64,000 nucleotides of DNA from Octopus vulgaris (Eukaryota). The stretch spans positions 65,162,001-65,226,000 of the forward strand of contig OX597817.1 of assembly GCA_951406725.2 (NCBI GenBank), in the 5' to 3' direction. The notes beneath the pieces were generated by a model, which saw nothing but the letters and a program-made list of their open reading frames with translations, did no database searches and was not told the origin of the DNA. Shown here one piece after another: positions 12,180 to 26,026 of the stretch (positions within the stretch are counted from its first letter, which is position 1; each line of letters opens with the position of its first letter). A program made the position numbers and the translations under genes.

Positions 12180-15100
12180 ACTTCCAATCTAAAATATCAA
12201 TATTTTAAAATATAAAAATAATAATTTTAAAATAATTAAAGTATGAATGAAAAAATATAAATATATAATCCATATATAACCTATATATAATCCATATATA
12301 ATCAATATATAAACAATATATAAACTAAAATAAACCTATCAACAATTAAATATAAAATATAAAATATAAAATATAAAATATAAAACAAAACAAAAAAATA
12401 ATAATAATATAATAATAAACTATATATACACCCATACACATATACCTAATTATATATAACCATATCTAACTACATACACTAAATCACACACCTATATATA
12501 TATCCCTATACATACACATAAAAACGTCTAGGCAACTATAAATAAATAAAATAGCTAAATACTTCAACACAATACTTATTCATACTCCCACACACACACA
12601 CATACAACCCACATTCACGCTCTAGAAAACGGACATCACTTAAAATTATGAACGGAGAAATAGAATAAATGGAATTAAAAATTATATTCACTTGGTAAAA
12701 CGAGCACTACTTAAAAATTATGAATGAAACAATGCAATAAAACAACAGACATCGCAAATAGACACAAATTACTACGAATTCCTTAACAAACCTACCATGA
12801 TAAACCAAAACTCATAAAAACATATAATTATAAAATCTCCCTTTACTAAACTCTATAACATACCTATATAGCAATCCCCCTAACCTAAACATTCACACAC
12901 AAATACACACACAATAAACCACACACCCACGACATATACAAATACCCACACCACTTACACATACCTATACATACATATAAACCTCAACATATACTCCAAA
13001 AACCCACTCAACCCCACACAGACAAATAAACACAAAAATTATGAATGGATTCTTTTATAAAACTACCATGATAAGCTAAAACTCACAAAACATAAATGAT
13101 AAAACCTCCCTTTACTAAACACTATAACATACTTATATAGCAATCCCTTTAACCTATACATTCACACACAAAAATACACACACGTAAACCACACACCCAT
13201 AACAAATACAAACACCCACCCCACTCACACACACCCACAAGTACATATAAGCCTCAACATATACACCAAACAAAATTACTTTACCAAGGAACTTAACATA
13301 TGTATAAAAAATATATAACCGCTCTGGAAACGAACATCTTTAAAATAATGAATGGAGAAATGGAATAAATGGAATTAAAAATAATATTCACGTGGCAAAA
13401 CGAACACCACTCAAAAATTATGAATGAAACAATGTAATAAAACAACCAACATCGAAAATAGACAAATTACCACGAATTCCCTAAAAAAACCATGATAAAC
13501 CAAAACTCTTAAAAACATATAACGATAAAATCTCCCTTTGCTAAACTCTATAACAAACCTATATAGCAATCCCCCTAACCTAAACATTCACACACAAAAA
13601 AAAAACAAAAAAACACACACGTAAACCACAGACCCACAACTTATACACATACCTATACTAACTTATAAACCTCAATATACACCAAAAACCCACTCCCTCC
13701 CCACACAGACAAATTAACACATACATCCCAAAACCTAAATAACAAACCCATATACACATTCACACACACACGCAAAACACACACACACAACAGATACATA
13801 TACTCCCTCAATATACGCATATACATACTCACTAAACTCGATATATACAACAATATTTACACACCCACACTCATACAGATAAATAAATTATACAACTAAA
13901 AAGTCACACACAATCTCATATACATAAACACTCCAATAAAAAACAACATTAAATACATCGTAATTAACCAGAATATCAAAAATAACAATATGACATAAGG
14001 AGAAATAAAATACATACTTATAAGTCAGTTTCAAATTATGAAGTGAAATTAAATTCTTAGCCGTTAAAAAAATCAAACCAAAATTACGTTACCATAGAAA
14101 TATAACTTATGTAAAAAAAAAGAATACGCGCCATGGAAAGTAAACGTCATTTAAAATTATGAATGGGGAAATAGAATAAATGGAACTAAAAACTATAACC
14201 ACGTGGCAAACCATCACTACTTAAAAAATATTTTATTATGAATGGATTCTTTAATAAAACTACCATAATAATAAATTATTATATACATTTATGAGCTTTA
14301 GCTCATCTTAGCAGCTCTAACAAACAACTTGCAGTAACCCAAATCTATTCTCGATGCCTGCCTTACTACTACACTATTCCATTCCCAATTCCAAGCAACG
14401 CTATCCCACCACCCGGTTACAATTCCCAACTCCACCCATTCAATCACAATTTCAACGACGTTCACCTCCACAGCGCTACATATAAGCCTCAACATATACA
14501 CCGGAGATTCACTTTCACATCCGTGCGGATGGGTGAGAGTATACATTAAGTGTAGTGATGGGGCTCCCATTACTATACACATTTGTACCTGTGTGGTAGT
14601 CTCCATGTGTATATTCACGCACGGGTATAAATGCAGGGGGTACACGCGCACGGCATGTACGTGTACCCCCTCACATGTACATATGCATGCTAGTTGGGCT
14701 CGATATGTGCAACAATGTAATCGCGCCCGCATACATGCATATGGGCGAGTTGCACAATCAAAATACGCACACGTGTGTGTGCGTTCCCTGGTTGTGCAAT
14801 TCACCCATCTGGGTGTGAGTGGGTGTATGCGTATTGCTGTGGATGTCGAGCTTAATACGTATGTATATGAGTGTGTATTGGGGGGTTGTACGTATTTATT
14901 GTGTGCATGTGCTTCACGCACGTGCGTCCATGTATGGATGAATATATTGGGATTGCTATATGGGTGTAAATTGGGTATGGAGGGGGAGTTTTGTCATTGT
15001 ATGGGTGTAGGTTTCATTTGTGATGGTTATTTGTTGGTGATTTTTAATATGTTCTGTATATTTGGGTTAGTTATGTATTATTCTAGTGTGTATAATTGTA

Positions 15101-15714
15101 TACATATGATTGGTGTAAGTGGGATTAAGCCCATTTTTGGGGATGTATGTGTTTATTTGTCCGTATGGGGCGGGAGTGGCCGTTTGGTGTATATTTTGAG
15201 GCTCACATGCAATTCCAGGTACGCGCGAATGAAGTGGGCACTTATATTTGTTATGGGTGTATATACTTTATTATAACAGACAATACCCAAATAAAATCTG
15301 TCCATTCAACATACCAAATAAAAAACAAAAAACAAAGGGATCGTAAACATTCACACATACATACAAAACTCAATAAAAACACCACTAAATAACACCCATC
15401 AACATATAAATATATCCTCCAAAATACATATAACAAATGCATAATAAAAATACATAATAAAATAAAATAAAAAAAAAAATATATAAATAAAGAAAATAAA
15501 AAAATCTAATATAAATTATTAAAGTTTTAACATACCATAAACTGTTATATTAATATACATTAAAAATGAACTAATTAAAACAAAGAAATATCAATAACGA
15601 TTAACTATAATTAAAGCCTAGACTACATAACCAAAAAATATATTATCTAAACTAATTTAAACTAAACTAAAGTAATCTAATAGGGAACTATTATTGCTAT
15701 TTATCATGAAACTT

Positions 15715-15840
15715 ATTATATAGGTAAAGTAACTTATGTCTGCATTTTATTTTGCGCTCTTCACCAGTATTAAGTAAATTATCATACTTATAAAATAAAA
15801 TTTCTTTAAACTCATTAGAGCATAAATAAAGTTCCTTGGT
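15715..15840 (-). pseudogene. C-terminal end of a Penelope-like RT/GIY-YIG ORF
   Basis: Minus strand reads KELYLCSNEFKEILFYKYDNLLNTGEERKIKCRHKLLYL, resembling the PLE C-terminal pattern LCxxExxxI...LLN...E...CRH. Confidence 0.6.
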
Positions 15841-16943
15841 AAAGTAATTTTGTTTGGTGTATATGTTGAGGCTTATATGTACTTGTGGGTGTGTGTGAGT
15901 GGGGTGGGTGTTTGTATTTGTTATGGGTGTGTGGTTTACGTGTGTGTATTTTTGTGTGTGAATGTATAGGTTAAAGGGATTGCTATATAAGTATGTTATA
16001 GTGTTTAGTAAAGGGAGGTTTTATCATTTATGTTTTGTGAGTTTTAGCTTATCATGGTAGTTTTATAAAAGAATCCATTCATAATTTTTGTGTTTATTTG
16101 TCTGTGTGGGGTTAAGTGGGCTTTTGGAGTATATGTTGAGGTTTATATGTATGTATAGGTATGTGTAAGTGGTGTGGGTATTTGTATATGTCGTGGGTGT
16201 GTGGTTTATTGTGTGTGTATTTGTGTGTGAATGTTTAGGTTAGGGGGATTGCTATATAGGTATGTTATAGAGTTTAGTAAAGGGAGATTTTATAATTATA
16301 TGTTTTTATGAGTTTTGGTTTATCATGGTAGGTTTGTTAAGGAATTCGTAGTAATTTGTGTCTATTTGCGATGTCTGTTGTTTTATTGCATTGTTTCATT
16401 CATAATTTTTAAGTAGTGTTCGTTTTACCAAGTGAATATAATTTTTAATTCCATTTATTCTATTTCTCCGTTCATAATTTTAAGTGATGTCCGTTTTCTA
16501 GAGCGTGAATGTGGGTTGTATGTGTGTGTGTGTGGGAGTATGAATAAGTATTGTGTTGAAGTATTTAGCTATTTTATTTATTTATAGTTGCCTAGACGTT
16601 TTTATGTGTATGTATAGGGATATATATATAGGTGTGTGATTTAGTGTATGTAGTTAGATATGGTTATATATAATTAGGTATATGTGTATGGGTGTATATA
16701 TAGTTTATTATTATATTATTATTATTTTTTTGTTTTGTTTTATATTTTATATTTTATATTTTATATTTTATATTTAATTGTTGATAGGTTTATTTTAGTT
16801 TATATATTGTTTATATATTGATTATATATGGATTATATATAGGTTATATATGGATTATATATTTATATTTTTTCATTCATACTTTAATTATTTTAAAATT
16901 ATTATTTTTATATTTTAAAATATTGATATTTTAGATTGGAAGT

Positions 16944-16986
16944 CCACCTGAAGATTGTCGATCAAGACAAGAAACAATTGTAGTGG
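16944..16986 (+). ncRNA. Minimal type I hammerhead ribozyme (copy in the inverted arm)
   Basis: ccac CTGAAGA ttgtc-gatcaa-gacaa GAAAC aatt GTA gtgg. Intact core, 4-bp stem I, 5-bp stem II, palindromic stem III (acaattgt). Predicted cleavage after A16982. Confidence 0.88.
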
Positions 16987-17071
16987 CGTTTTTTTTGACT
17001 ATTTATTAAAATTTTATGTATCGATTAAGTCTTTCCTTGTTTGTTTTGCAAAATAGTGGTTTTGTCTCTAA

Positions 17072-17209
<138 letters not shown>

Positions 17210-17955
17210 TAAATAGCTGATTTATTTGAAGCTTGTATTGTTAATCTTCAAAGATGTGTTAGAAAGTATTTGATAGTGGGAGAAAATTTACTTGTTAAGT
17301 CTGATAACTTTGTTCAAGAATTTTTGTGTGTGTAGTTGTGTAGCTAAGAAGTTTTTCGGCCGTGTGGTTTCCAATTTGATGACAGTGTGCTTAACCTAGG
17401 CAATAATCTTCAACTGTACACAAATTGCCTTATGCTTTATGAGTAGAATTCGATGGGAAATAATTCGAGGAAAGCCCATTGTGTATATGCTCTCTCTCTT
17501 TCTCTCTTACACACACACACCCACAAACATAGTGACGGCAATCATTTCATAATGTAGAAGATGGGAAAACAGATATGAATACCCCCATAAATAGTTAAGT
17601 ATTAATGTGTTCAGTCAGATGGTGATATAATTTTCAAGTTTTTCAGTAGATACTCAACGAAGTGACGGCATCTGGCAAAAACCTCCAATATGACATTTAA
17701 ACTTTACGTATATATTAGTGTTGTTGAGGACGATGTTCTTTTCAGATATGCATAACACAACAGTTCAACTTCTCTTTAGAAAAATTTCCAGTTGATCCTG
17801 TATTTGATCCCCTGCTTTTCTATATCTCTGGGTGAAGAAGTTAGTTAAATTTATATTCTGCTATACCTATATAGCATTTACTTAGATGGAATTGACATTG
17901 TTTCGTAGATAATAGCGTCATAACTGCATGACTGATTGGAACAAACATTTGTAGT

Positions 17956-19125
17956 AGGTTACCCGGAAAGGTTTTGAGTGGTTCTGAAGCAGGGAAATAA
18001 AACAAATTTATTTGCATTAGAATCGTTTTTATTCAACAAAGTTACCCTTTATTTTTGATAATGAATTTAGTCCATCCATTCAGCAGATTCAAAATTCTAA
18101 CCGCAGGGAACTGTGCTGTCTTGGCGGAAAACAAATTATGTGGTTTTGTACTGTATCTAAATCACTGGATGATTTTTCTGTCCAAGGAATTTTACAGGGA
18201 CGTAAACAAATGAAAGTTAGGTGGTGCAATGCCAGGATGCTATGGTAAGAGATCCCACCCAATGTCATGCAGCATTGTACGGGTAGTCAAAGAGACATTA
18301 ACACTGACGTTGTCTTGTTGGAACAGCACCTTTCCAGTTGGCTTGTTCTGGCCTCATCTGGTGACATTTTAAATTCAGTTTCTCAAGCTGGTGGCAGTAC
18401 ACATCAGAATTGATGGTTTGAAATCCTGCCAGACACAAAGTATAATAGTTTGCATTGATATTCTGTTCGGTAGATGTTCTGGAGGATCTTCATGCAAACC
18501 CCAGGGTCGATTCCGCGCTATGTTATCTAAACAATCTATTTTTCATTCCCAATCACCAATCATTTGAATAAGTTCAGTTACAATGTGTTTTATAAGCATA
18601 TCGCACATAGAATACCAATGCAGTTTTTTTTCCAGGTTTTGAGGGTCCCATACATCATAGCAGGAAACGAACTTAAGTTTCACTAAATCATGATTTTGGG
18701 GTTGGCTTCAATGATTACCTTCAAAAGATGGTCTTACAACTGTGAAGGTCATCCAGAGAACCCTCCATCTTGTAAACTGAAATCCACGCATTTGAAATTT
18801 TGCAAACTATCTCAAAACCGTTGGTTTACCCTCAGAACCTTCGCCATACATTTCACAAATGGTTTTACACATTTCTGCAATGTGTTCACCATTCCTTTAA
18901 AGATGGAAAGCGTTACGTGCCGAAAATGCAACTTTTGGTTAATCATACTTGACTTTGATAAGGACGGAAAAAAAAAATGAGATATATTGACTTTTGGTGT
19001 GAGACGTAACTGGCAGTAACCACGCTGGAAGCGAAGCCAACATATTCGTACCGTCATTACAGATGTTATGTGGAGCGTTCAAAGAAACAACTGCCGAAAT
19101 TTCTCAGAATTTTCCGGATGACCCT
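17956..19125 (-). mobile_element. Degenerate mariner-like DNA transposon
   Basis: Imperfect TIRs aggttacccggaaaggttttgag / ctcagaattttccggatgaccct. Minus strand reads VLFQQDNV (HDNA-like) near 18305-18330. Confidence 0.6.
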
Positions 19126-19949
19126 AAATGCAAATGTAGTTATCCTCAGTTAATTTAGACAGCTTACTTGTTATTCACTTTTCCTTAACATTAGAACAAC
19201 TGCAACCCAGTACTGTAGATATACGTGATCCTATCTTTAAACTTACTAGATTCTGATAATTTTTGTGGTAATGAGGCACAGTATTGAAAATTGCTGTATT
19301 TGATGGCTTGTTAGAGATTCTTTGACTGATATTATTATTCAGATTTTTGAAAAACTATTCGTGGATCGCAGTAGTCTATATTAATATAATTGTGGCTTTT
19401 TTTCATTAGGTTTATTATATGATTTGTATCTGTCTGTGATTAGACTGAGAGTTACATCTAAGAAATTGACAGTGCAAAAGGTTAGTGATAAATAATTAAA
19501 TTTAGGCTGAAATTAGTGAAGCTGTAAATAATGTCTTTTGTAAATACATCGGTGAAACGGGAAAGAAGCAACCGTTCATCTCTATGGGAGATTATATTAC
19601 AGTGAATTTAATTTTGAATGTTTTCAAGAATCTAAATAGACCGACAAGATTGTATATTCTTGCACAGTCAAACGACACCATGCTGGGGTTGAAAGAGAAC
19701 ACGCATATACGTGTGTGTTTTTGCGTGAATGTGTGTGTGTGTGTGTATGTGTATAAGTATGCATACATAAATACATACGCGCATTCCCCACCACATGTAT
19801 GAATGTATATGTGTGCATGTGTGTCGGTAGTAATCGTTACAGCGAATAATATTCACGTTTTTAAGTATTGAGTTACGTCCCTTTTCAAAAAAGTAGGCCT
19901 AACTACTCGATACAGTTCGTTAAAATAAACAACAGCAACAACAACAACA

Positions 19950-19992
<43 letters not shown>

Positions 19993-20095
19993 TTTCTACT
20001 GTTGCTGCTGCTGCTGCTAATAGTAGTAGTAGTTGCAGTAGCAGTAGTCGTGGAAGTAATATATGTAGGTACATAATCTTCATGTGTGTGTATGT

Positions 20096-20131
<36 letters not shown>

Positions 20132-20738
20132 CTTTCTAATGATACTTGTATGTAACTATGCAGGGCATTTCTGTGTGACAAGTACACAACACATTTGTTT
20201 ATTGTATTTTAAGTACATAAAAGGTCGCTAATTGGAGAATTTGTCATTCCTCGTTATCTGTTAATGGAAAGAAAGTTAATTAATTTGCTATGTGAAAATG
20301 TGGTGCTACAGGCCATAGGACTTACTCTTGAGGATTTTAGTTGATGACAGAGAACAAATAGAAATGTTATTCCTTCATTGAGGACTGGTATTTCAGAAAT
20401 AGTCATTAACGACTGTTTTTGAATATATCTTACAGTTCTTAATTAACAAATATTAATCAACAGCTGACAAAATGAAAATCTATCATGAACACATAAAACA
20501 TCGAGAATCAAAACAAGAGTTTATTTGCCCGTTTTTAACACGTTCCGGCAGATTTAAACGAGAATATTTCACCTGCGATGCACAAATTCCCCTTTCAGGT
20601 CATGTGTGTTGACAGCATACCAATAATTTAGCATACATCAGTTGGTATACATTAGCAGGCATCCGCAAATACCTTGATTACTGAATGGAGTAAACAAGAG
20701 CCATTAATATTGTTTGTGTTCAGAGATACAAAAGGAGA

Positions 20739-20783
20739 TTTGACTGAAGAGGCAGAATTAGATCGAAACACCGGTGTCTCAAA
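20739..20783 (+). ncRNA. Type I hammerhead ribozyme motif downstream of a possible old Penelope-like ORF end
   Basis: tttga CTGAAGA ggcagaattagatc GAAAC accggt GTC tcaaa. Palindromic stem III and GUC site; stem II is weak. A TL..NG.N-like remnant lies at ~20670-20700. Confidence 0.7.
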
Positions 20784-21039
20784 GCCTCTTTGTCCCGTCA
20801 GTTACTCGAGTGTGTTGTCAACATATGTCGTCTGAAGGGAGAAATTTTCTCCGAAGACGAAATACAATAGCAATTAATATATTCACGTTCAAATCTACAG
20901 GTACATTTTAATAAGGAATATATTCCTCATAAAATTGAAAAACATTTTAGCAGATTACCTTTCCATGATGATCTCTTTCTAGTCTGATTTTTAAAATTAT
21001 ATTTTCAAGCAAATTTTCACCAACAGATCTTTACTCGAC

Positions 21040-21200
21040 ACGCTAGACATAGTAGCAAAATCTTCCTTAAATCACAGCCAATTGTCTTAACAAAGGGCAT
21101 AATAGATAGCGTGGTCATGGTTCCCTGTACATTGGATGGTTACAGTTGGTTGAAATGCTTTTGATCATAGGGCTGCACAGTCAGGGTTGACATTGGGTTA
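21040..21200 (+). repeat. Unclassified dispersed repeat; other copies at ~22025-22195, 24160-24300, 24650-24815, 63625-63840
   Basis: Shared ctagaaatagcagccaaat...gatgg...ggaatgcttttgatcatag-like blocks. Confidence 0.55.
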
Positions 21201-23649
21201 ATTGCAGTAACAACAATGACATCTCTAGCCTGGTAATGTTATGGTACATAAATTTCTACTTTTCACCATTCGACTATGCGCAACGTGATTCTGCACAATT
21301 TCTGACTGTCGATTTCTACTCGAAACATTGTAACCTTGGGCAACTCAAGGCAAAAAGACGCACTTGTTCCAGGAGATGTACTGTGGGATTGAACCCACTA
21401 CTACGTGTTTGCAACGCAAACCTCCTAACCTCACAGCCATATTTGTGCTTACTTACTTATTGGTAGTAAACCGCTAACATCAACTGCATAACATTTATCC
21501 ATGTTCGCACAGACCGGCAAGATGATCATCAATTATGCAAATCATGTCTCCCCTACCAAATTACAGTCGGGTGTTCTATTTCCTTGGTAAGACGGTTTCT
21601 ACTAACGTGGTTCAATTTTTATATTCGCTACTTATCACTTAAGATGTCTTTGTAACTGTTCCTCTTGGAGATCGATTCATTTTCAGCTCGGTTTTTCTTC
21701 CAATTCCACATTGTACGCACAAAATTCCTCTTTAATCTATTTCCATAGATAAAGTCGCCAAGTGCGAAATCTCTTTAAGATCTCTGGAATTCAACAAGGT
21801 CCTATCGATGTTCCTTCTGTTACCTTCAAACAGGGTTCTCTAGAGCCAACTCCAACCCTTATCATTTGCTTCTATCTACATTCCTGAACGGTAATGTAGT
21901 TCAGTCTATGAAAGTACAAAATAGAATGTCCTCTCCCACAAAAAGTAGCCCATCCAACTCTGTCGTCAACTTCTCTATCACTCTGCTTTCTAAACAACCT
22001 CTATGTAGTCGTTTGATCGTTCCACTAGAAATAGCAGCCAAATTTCTCTCAAATTTTTGAAATCTTAGAAAAGAGGAAATTGGGTAATGTAGCCCTGGAG
22101 ACAGTCTGGGGTAAAAAAAAAATAGGGGGGATGGTTACAAATGGAATGTTTCAATGTTGATCTACTAAGACAAACTTTATCTGGGACAAAACAACAACTA
22201 CCATTTACTTTATTCTATTAATATCAACATGAAACAAGTAAGTGCAATTTGGGATATGTTGCGTGAGCTCTGAGTGAGAGCGATTTTATGACGATATTCT
22301 TGAAGTTATGAAAACAGTCACTTTTGATTTTAAAGTAAACAGAATTATGTGGTAGATTAATACTTTTGCGCACATGGGTATTAAATATCCAGGAAGGAAA
22401 TCTTGTTACTGACTCCTAACTTGTACATGAATTTAAGGAGCGACAGAACGTTAATGATTCCTTCAGGCAGAATAGTTATTTTGTAACTCTGACAGTTACA
22501 TATTATATATCACCATTTTATCTGCCGTGTGTTGATGGTCGTATATTCTGCTTATTTATGACGATATTTCCTACACTACATATGCAAAAACTTGAGAAAA
22601 GGGGCCCAAGAAGTAAATTGATATCGGACACTTTCTTGTTGCTTTTGTGGTTGTTTAACACCAGATCAATCATGATTGAGTAAACCTACGATGATCAAAT
22701 ACAGCCCAGCCATGATCATCTTGTCTTCTTTGATATGTGCACAGAACCCACGATCACATTCTCAAATGTATTCTTTAAGACTGCGAGGGTGTAATTTGGT
22801 CTATGACTAGTCATGTCTATCCGATATTTTTACACGGCTAGGACTACATTGGCCAATGCATTTTTCCTGCTTTCTTTTTTTTTGCCATTGACTATAATAA
22901 GGGACACTGGCAAACACTCATTGACTACTGGCTTTATTTTCTTTGATGGTCGAGTGTTCATATAGAATTTCTCACATTGGTTTCGTATTAGTTGCTAAAA
23001 GGAGGACGAGAAGGTGGAAGAGGTGCGGGAATTTGGATCTTTGTATTATTTCCCTCAGGTTAGTGAGATTGATATCGTTAATGTCTAGTTTTAACTTCTG
23101 TAAGATGATACTTGTTGGACAATCGGGAGCAAAAAAGGTATTTCAGAGAAGAGTGAGGATAAAAACGAGGAGAGAAATGAGTGAGACGAACGGGTTTAAA
23201 AGGAGTGGGGCTGACATAAATAAGTTGCAGCTTTATAGGAGCAGACGTCATTGTAGTTGCAGTAAACGTCAGAAAGAGAAGAAACGGCATATCTGCGGGT
23301 TACAGGTTTTGAAATTTTTATCAGTGAGCCTCTGTCAAACAGCTTCTTCTTCTTCTTCTTCTTCTTCTTCTTCTTCTTCCAATCAGGACTCACGCCATTA
23401 GCCACAAAGAATAATCTCTACTTCGAGCCTACTCTAAGCTATTAAGAATGCGTGTGGCAACTTGAAGATCCATCCACCACACGCGATAGACTGGCGGTTG
23501 CACGGGCGTGAAAGCTACGTTGTTATCCTCATTCCGTAAACGGTGGCTTTTAACGGGTGGAGAGCTTAACCACCCTGGGGTACAGAGGATTCGCAATCTA
23601 GACTAGGGTCTGAAAGTTTACCACACCATAGTGGGTTACACCATGGTTC

Positions 23650-23858
23650 CTTTGCTTTGTGACAGAAGTAGGAAGAAAGAGTGAGAGAAAGTTATGGTGA
23701 AAGAGTACAGCGGGGTTCACCACCTCTCCCCGCCGGAGCCTTGTGGAACTTGGGTGTTTTTGCTCAATAAAAACTCACAACGCCCGGTCTGGGAATCGAA
23801 ACCGCATTCTTACGACCGCGAGTCCGCTGCCCTAACCACTGGGCCATTGCGCATCCAC
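23650..23858 (-). mobile_element. tRNA-derived SINE (third family)
   Basis: Reverse complement has A-box tggcccagtggttagg and B-box-like ggtttcgattccc. Confidence 0.7.
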
Positions 23859-25932
23859 ACAGCTGTTGCTTCCCTTATCAAAGACAGTAGTGAGTAATTT
23901 GAGAGATGTGGCGGCTACTACTAGTAGGTCTAGTGATTTCTCTCGTTTCATGATAATGTTAGTTGATAATGGATATGCCAATTTAGATAACAACAAAACG
24001 ATTTAGCAAAATAACGAAAATATATACCAGCTATCCTGGGGAGAGAGTTCATTTCGCTTAGCTCTAGTGTGATGACCGCCAGAATATGTGAACATGCGGT
24101 CAAGAGCGAATGTTTCCAGCGTAATATGACCGCCAATGAGAGAATGTATACGAGGCTACTAGGCTTACCATAAATAACATCCCAATTTCCTTCAACTTAT
24201 ACACTACAAGCTTAAAAATGAAGGAGATGTTGATAAATGTAGTTTCAGATACACAAAAATGATGGGATGGTATTAACTGAAATGCTTCGAAAAACTAGAG
24301 ACCAACACTGCATCCCATCTAGCAACAACAACAGCAGTAATAACAGACGCATAGAAATAGAATGGATAGTGTAGCAAATTATCCAAACACCAAGGCTCCA
24401 CTCGTATAACTATGTCGTACGTATGCCCAGACACCAACGCTACACTCCATATAGTTGATCACTATATGCCCTATGTCCAGACAACCACACTACATCTCAT
24501 GCAATTGATCGCTGTACATCGGAATATACAGTGTAGTCCTCCACTAGGAGGATGTGTGGTGTATCTTAATCCACCTACATATTCAGCCGACTACCTACGT
24601 GCAGTTGGGAGTTCAGAGCAATAACCACTACACAGGAACTTCTATGAAGTAGCTTGACCTGCTAGGTGTAGCAGATAAATCTCATTGATTAACTTCATCT
24701 TAGATATATTATGTTCGTGAAAACAAAAACAAACCAAAAATTCAGTTAAGATGGTCACACTGGAATGCTTTCGGTCATAGAATAGCTTGATCAGAGTTTA
24801 TCTGAGGCTAAACGGTTGCAACTACAACCAAACAACACAGCCTGCGTTTAATGTTTGGCAAAATGAAAAGGCACTCCCAAAAGTGCAATAGATGGATAGA
24901 CTCTGAGAAATGCTATTTTCTTAGCATTGACAAAACATTATCTGGGAAGGGAAAGAATGGGTATAGTCGATTATATCGATTCTGATACTTCACTGGCATT
25001 GTGTTTTATCAATATCTGAAATATGAAAGCCAAAATTGACCTCGGTAAGATTCAGAACCCGGAAAGTAAACGTACGGAAGAAATACCGCAAGACAGACGC
25101 CCTGACGGTTCGACCAATCGACCAACCTATTGATTTTTAATAAAAGCACGGGGCCTCGAATTTGAATGAGTAGTATACTCGGTTATATCAACATCAGTTC
25201 TTGTCTGGTATTACACTTTATCGAATCCAGAAGGAAGAAAGGCAAAAATCAGCCTCAGTTTAAATTCTGCCGAGGTCGACTTTGTCTTTCATCTTTTCGA
25301 ATCGATAAAATAAGTCGAAATTAAATACACGGGTCGATATAATCGCTTAGCCCCCAATCCCCACAACTTCAAGCCTTGTGCCTATAATAGTAGAAAAGAA
25401 AAGAAAAAAGAAAACAGAAAACAGAAAATTATTGATATTCTTGGTCCTCCCTCACAGAAGAGAGTTATGATCAAAGGCGTTGCATCTCGACTTTTACTAT
25501 TTATGAGTATTTTTTACCATTGTTCGTTTCTTCAGACAGTAGGGTGCTATTTCGAGTAGGCCAAGTTACCACGTCTAGTTCATTTGGTCAATGTACAAAA
25601 TGTGCAATGTCGCTTAACACTCAATTGCAAATAGGCTTCGGACATGTTTTTAACACCGACAACATAGTGACGTGGCTCCTTATCAAACATCCTAGCTGTA
25701 TTTGCTTTTAACGGTGATAAATATTTCGAATTTATTTTTAAACCGAATCATCATTTGTTAAATATGAAATATCCGCGAATGATGAATGAGCTTCAACAAA
25801 AATTCTAAGTATTTAGAGAGTTAGAAAAACTGAAAATGTAACATTTAAAATATATACTAGACATATGAAACTCCTTTTAAATCTGCATATACCGGAAGTC
25901 ACAACTAAATTTATACAACAACAACAACAACA

Positions 25933-26019
<87 letters not shown>

Positions 26020-26026
<7 letters not shown>

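Noticed and set aside
14298-15276. 207-aa and 247-aa ORFs
   Set aside because: Low-complexity Cys/Val/Tyr/His composition derived from degenerate repeat sequence; no domain motif.
20829-20861. Second hammerhead-like string CTGAAGG...GAAG
   Set aside because: Both core halves deviate and there is no stem III or NUH; it is a simple hairpin.
23400-23645. Possible HDV-like ribozyme in a LINE 5' UTR-like segment (minus strand)
   Set aside because: I could not assemble the nested double pseudoknot by eye.
23780-23858. tRNA gene
   Set aside because: A/B boxes are present but there is no complete cloverleaf and it continues into a SINE body; the same holds for the other SINE heads.
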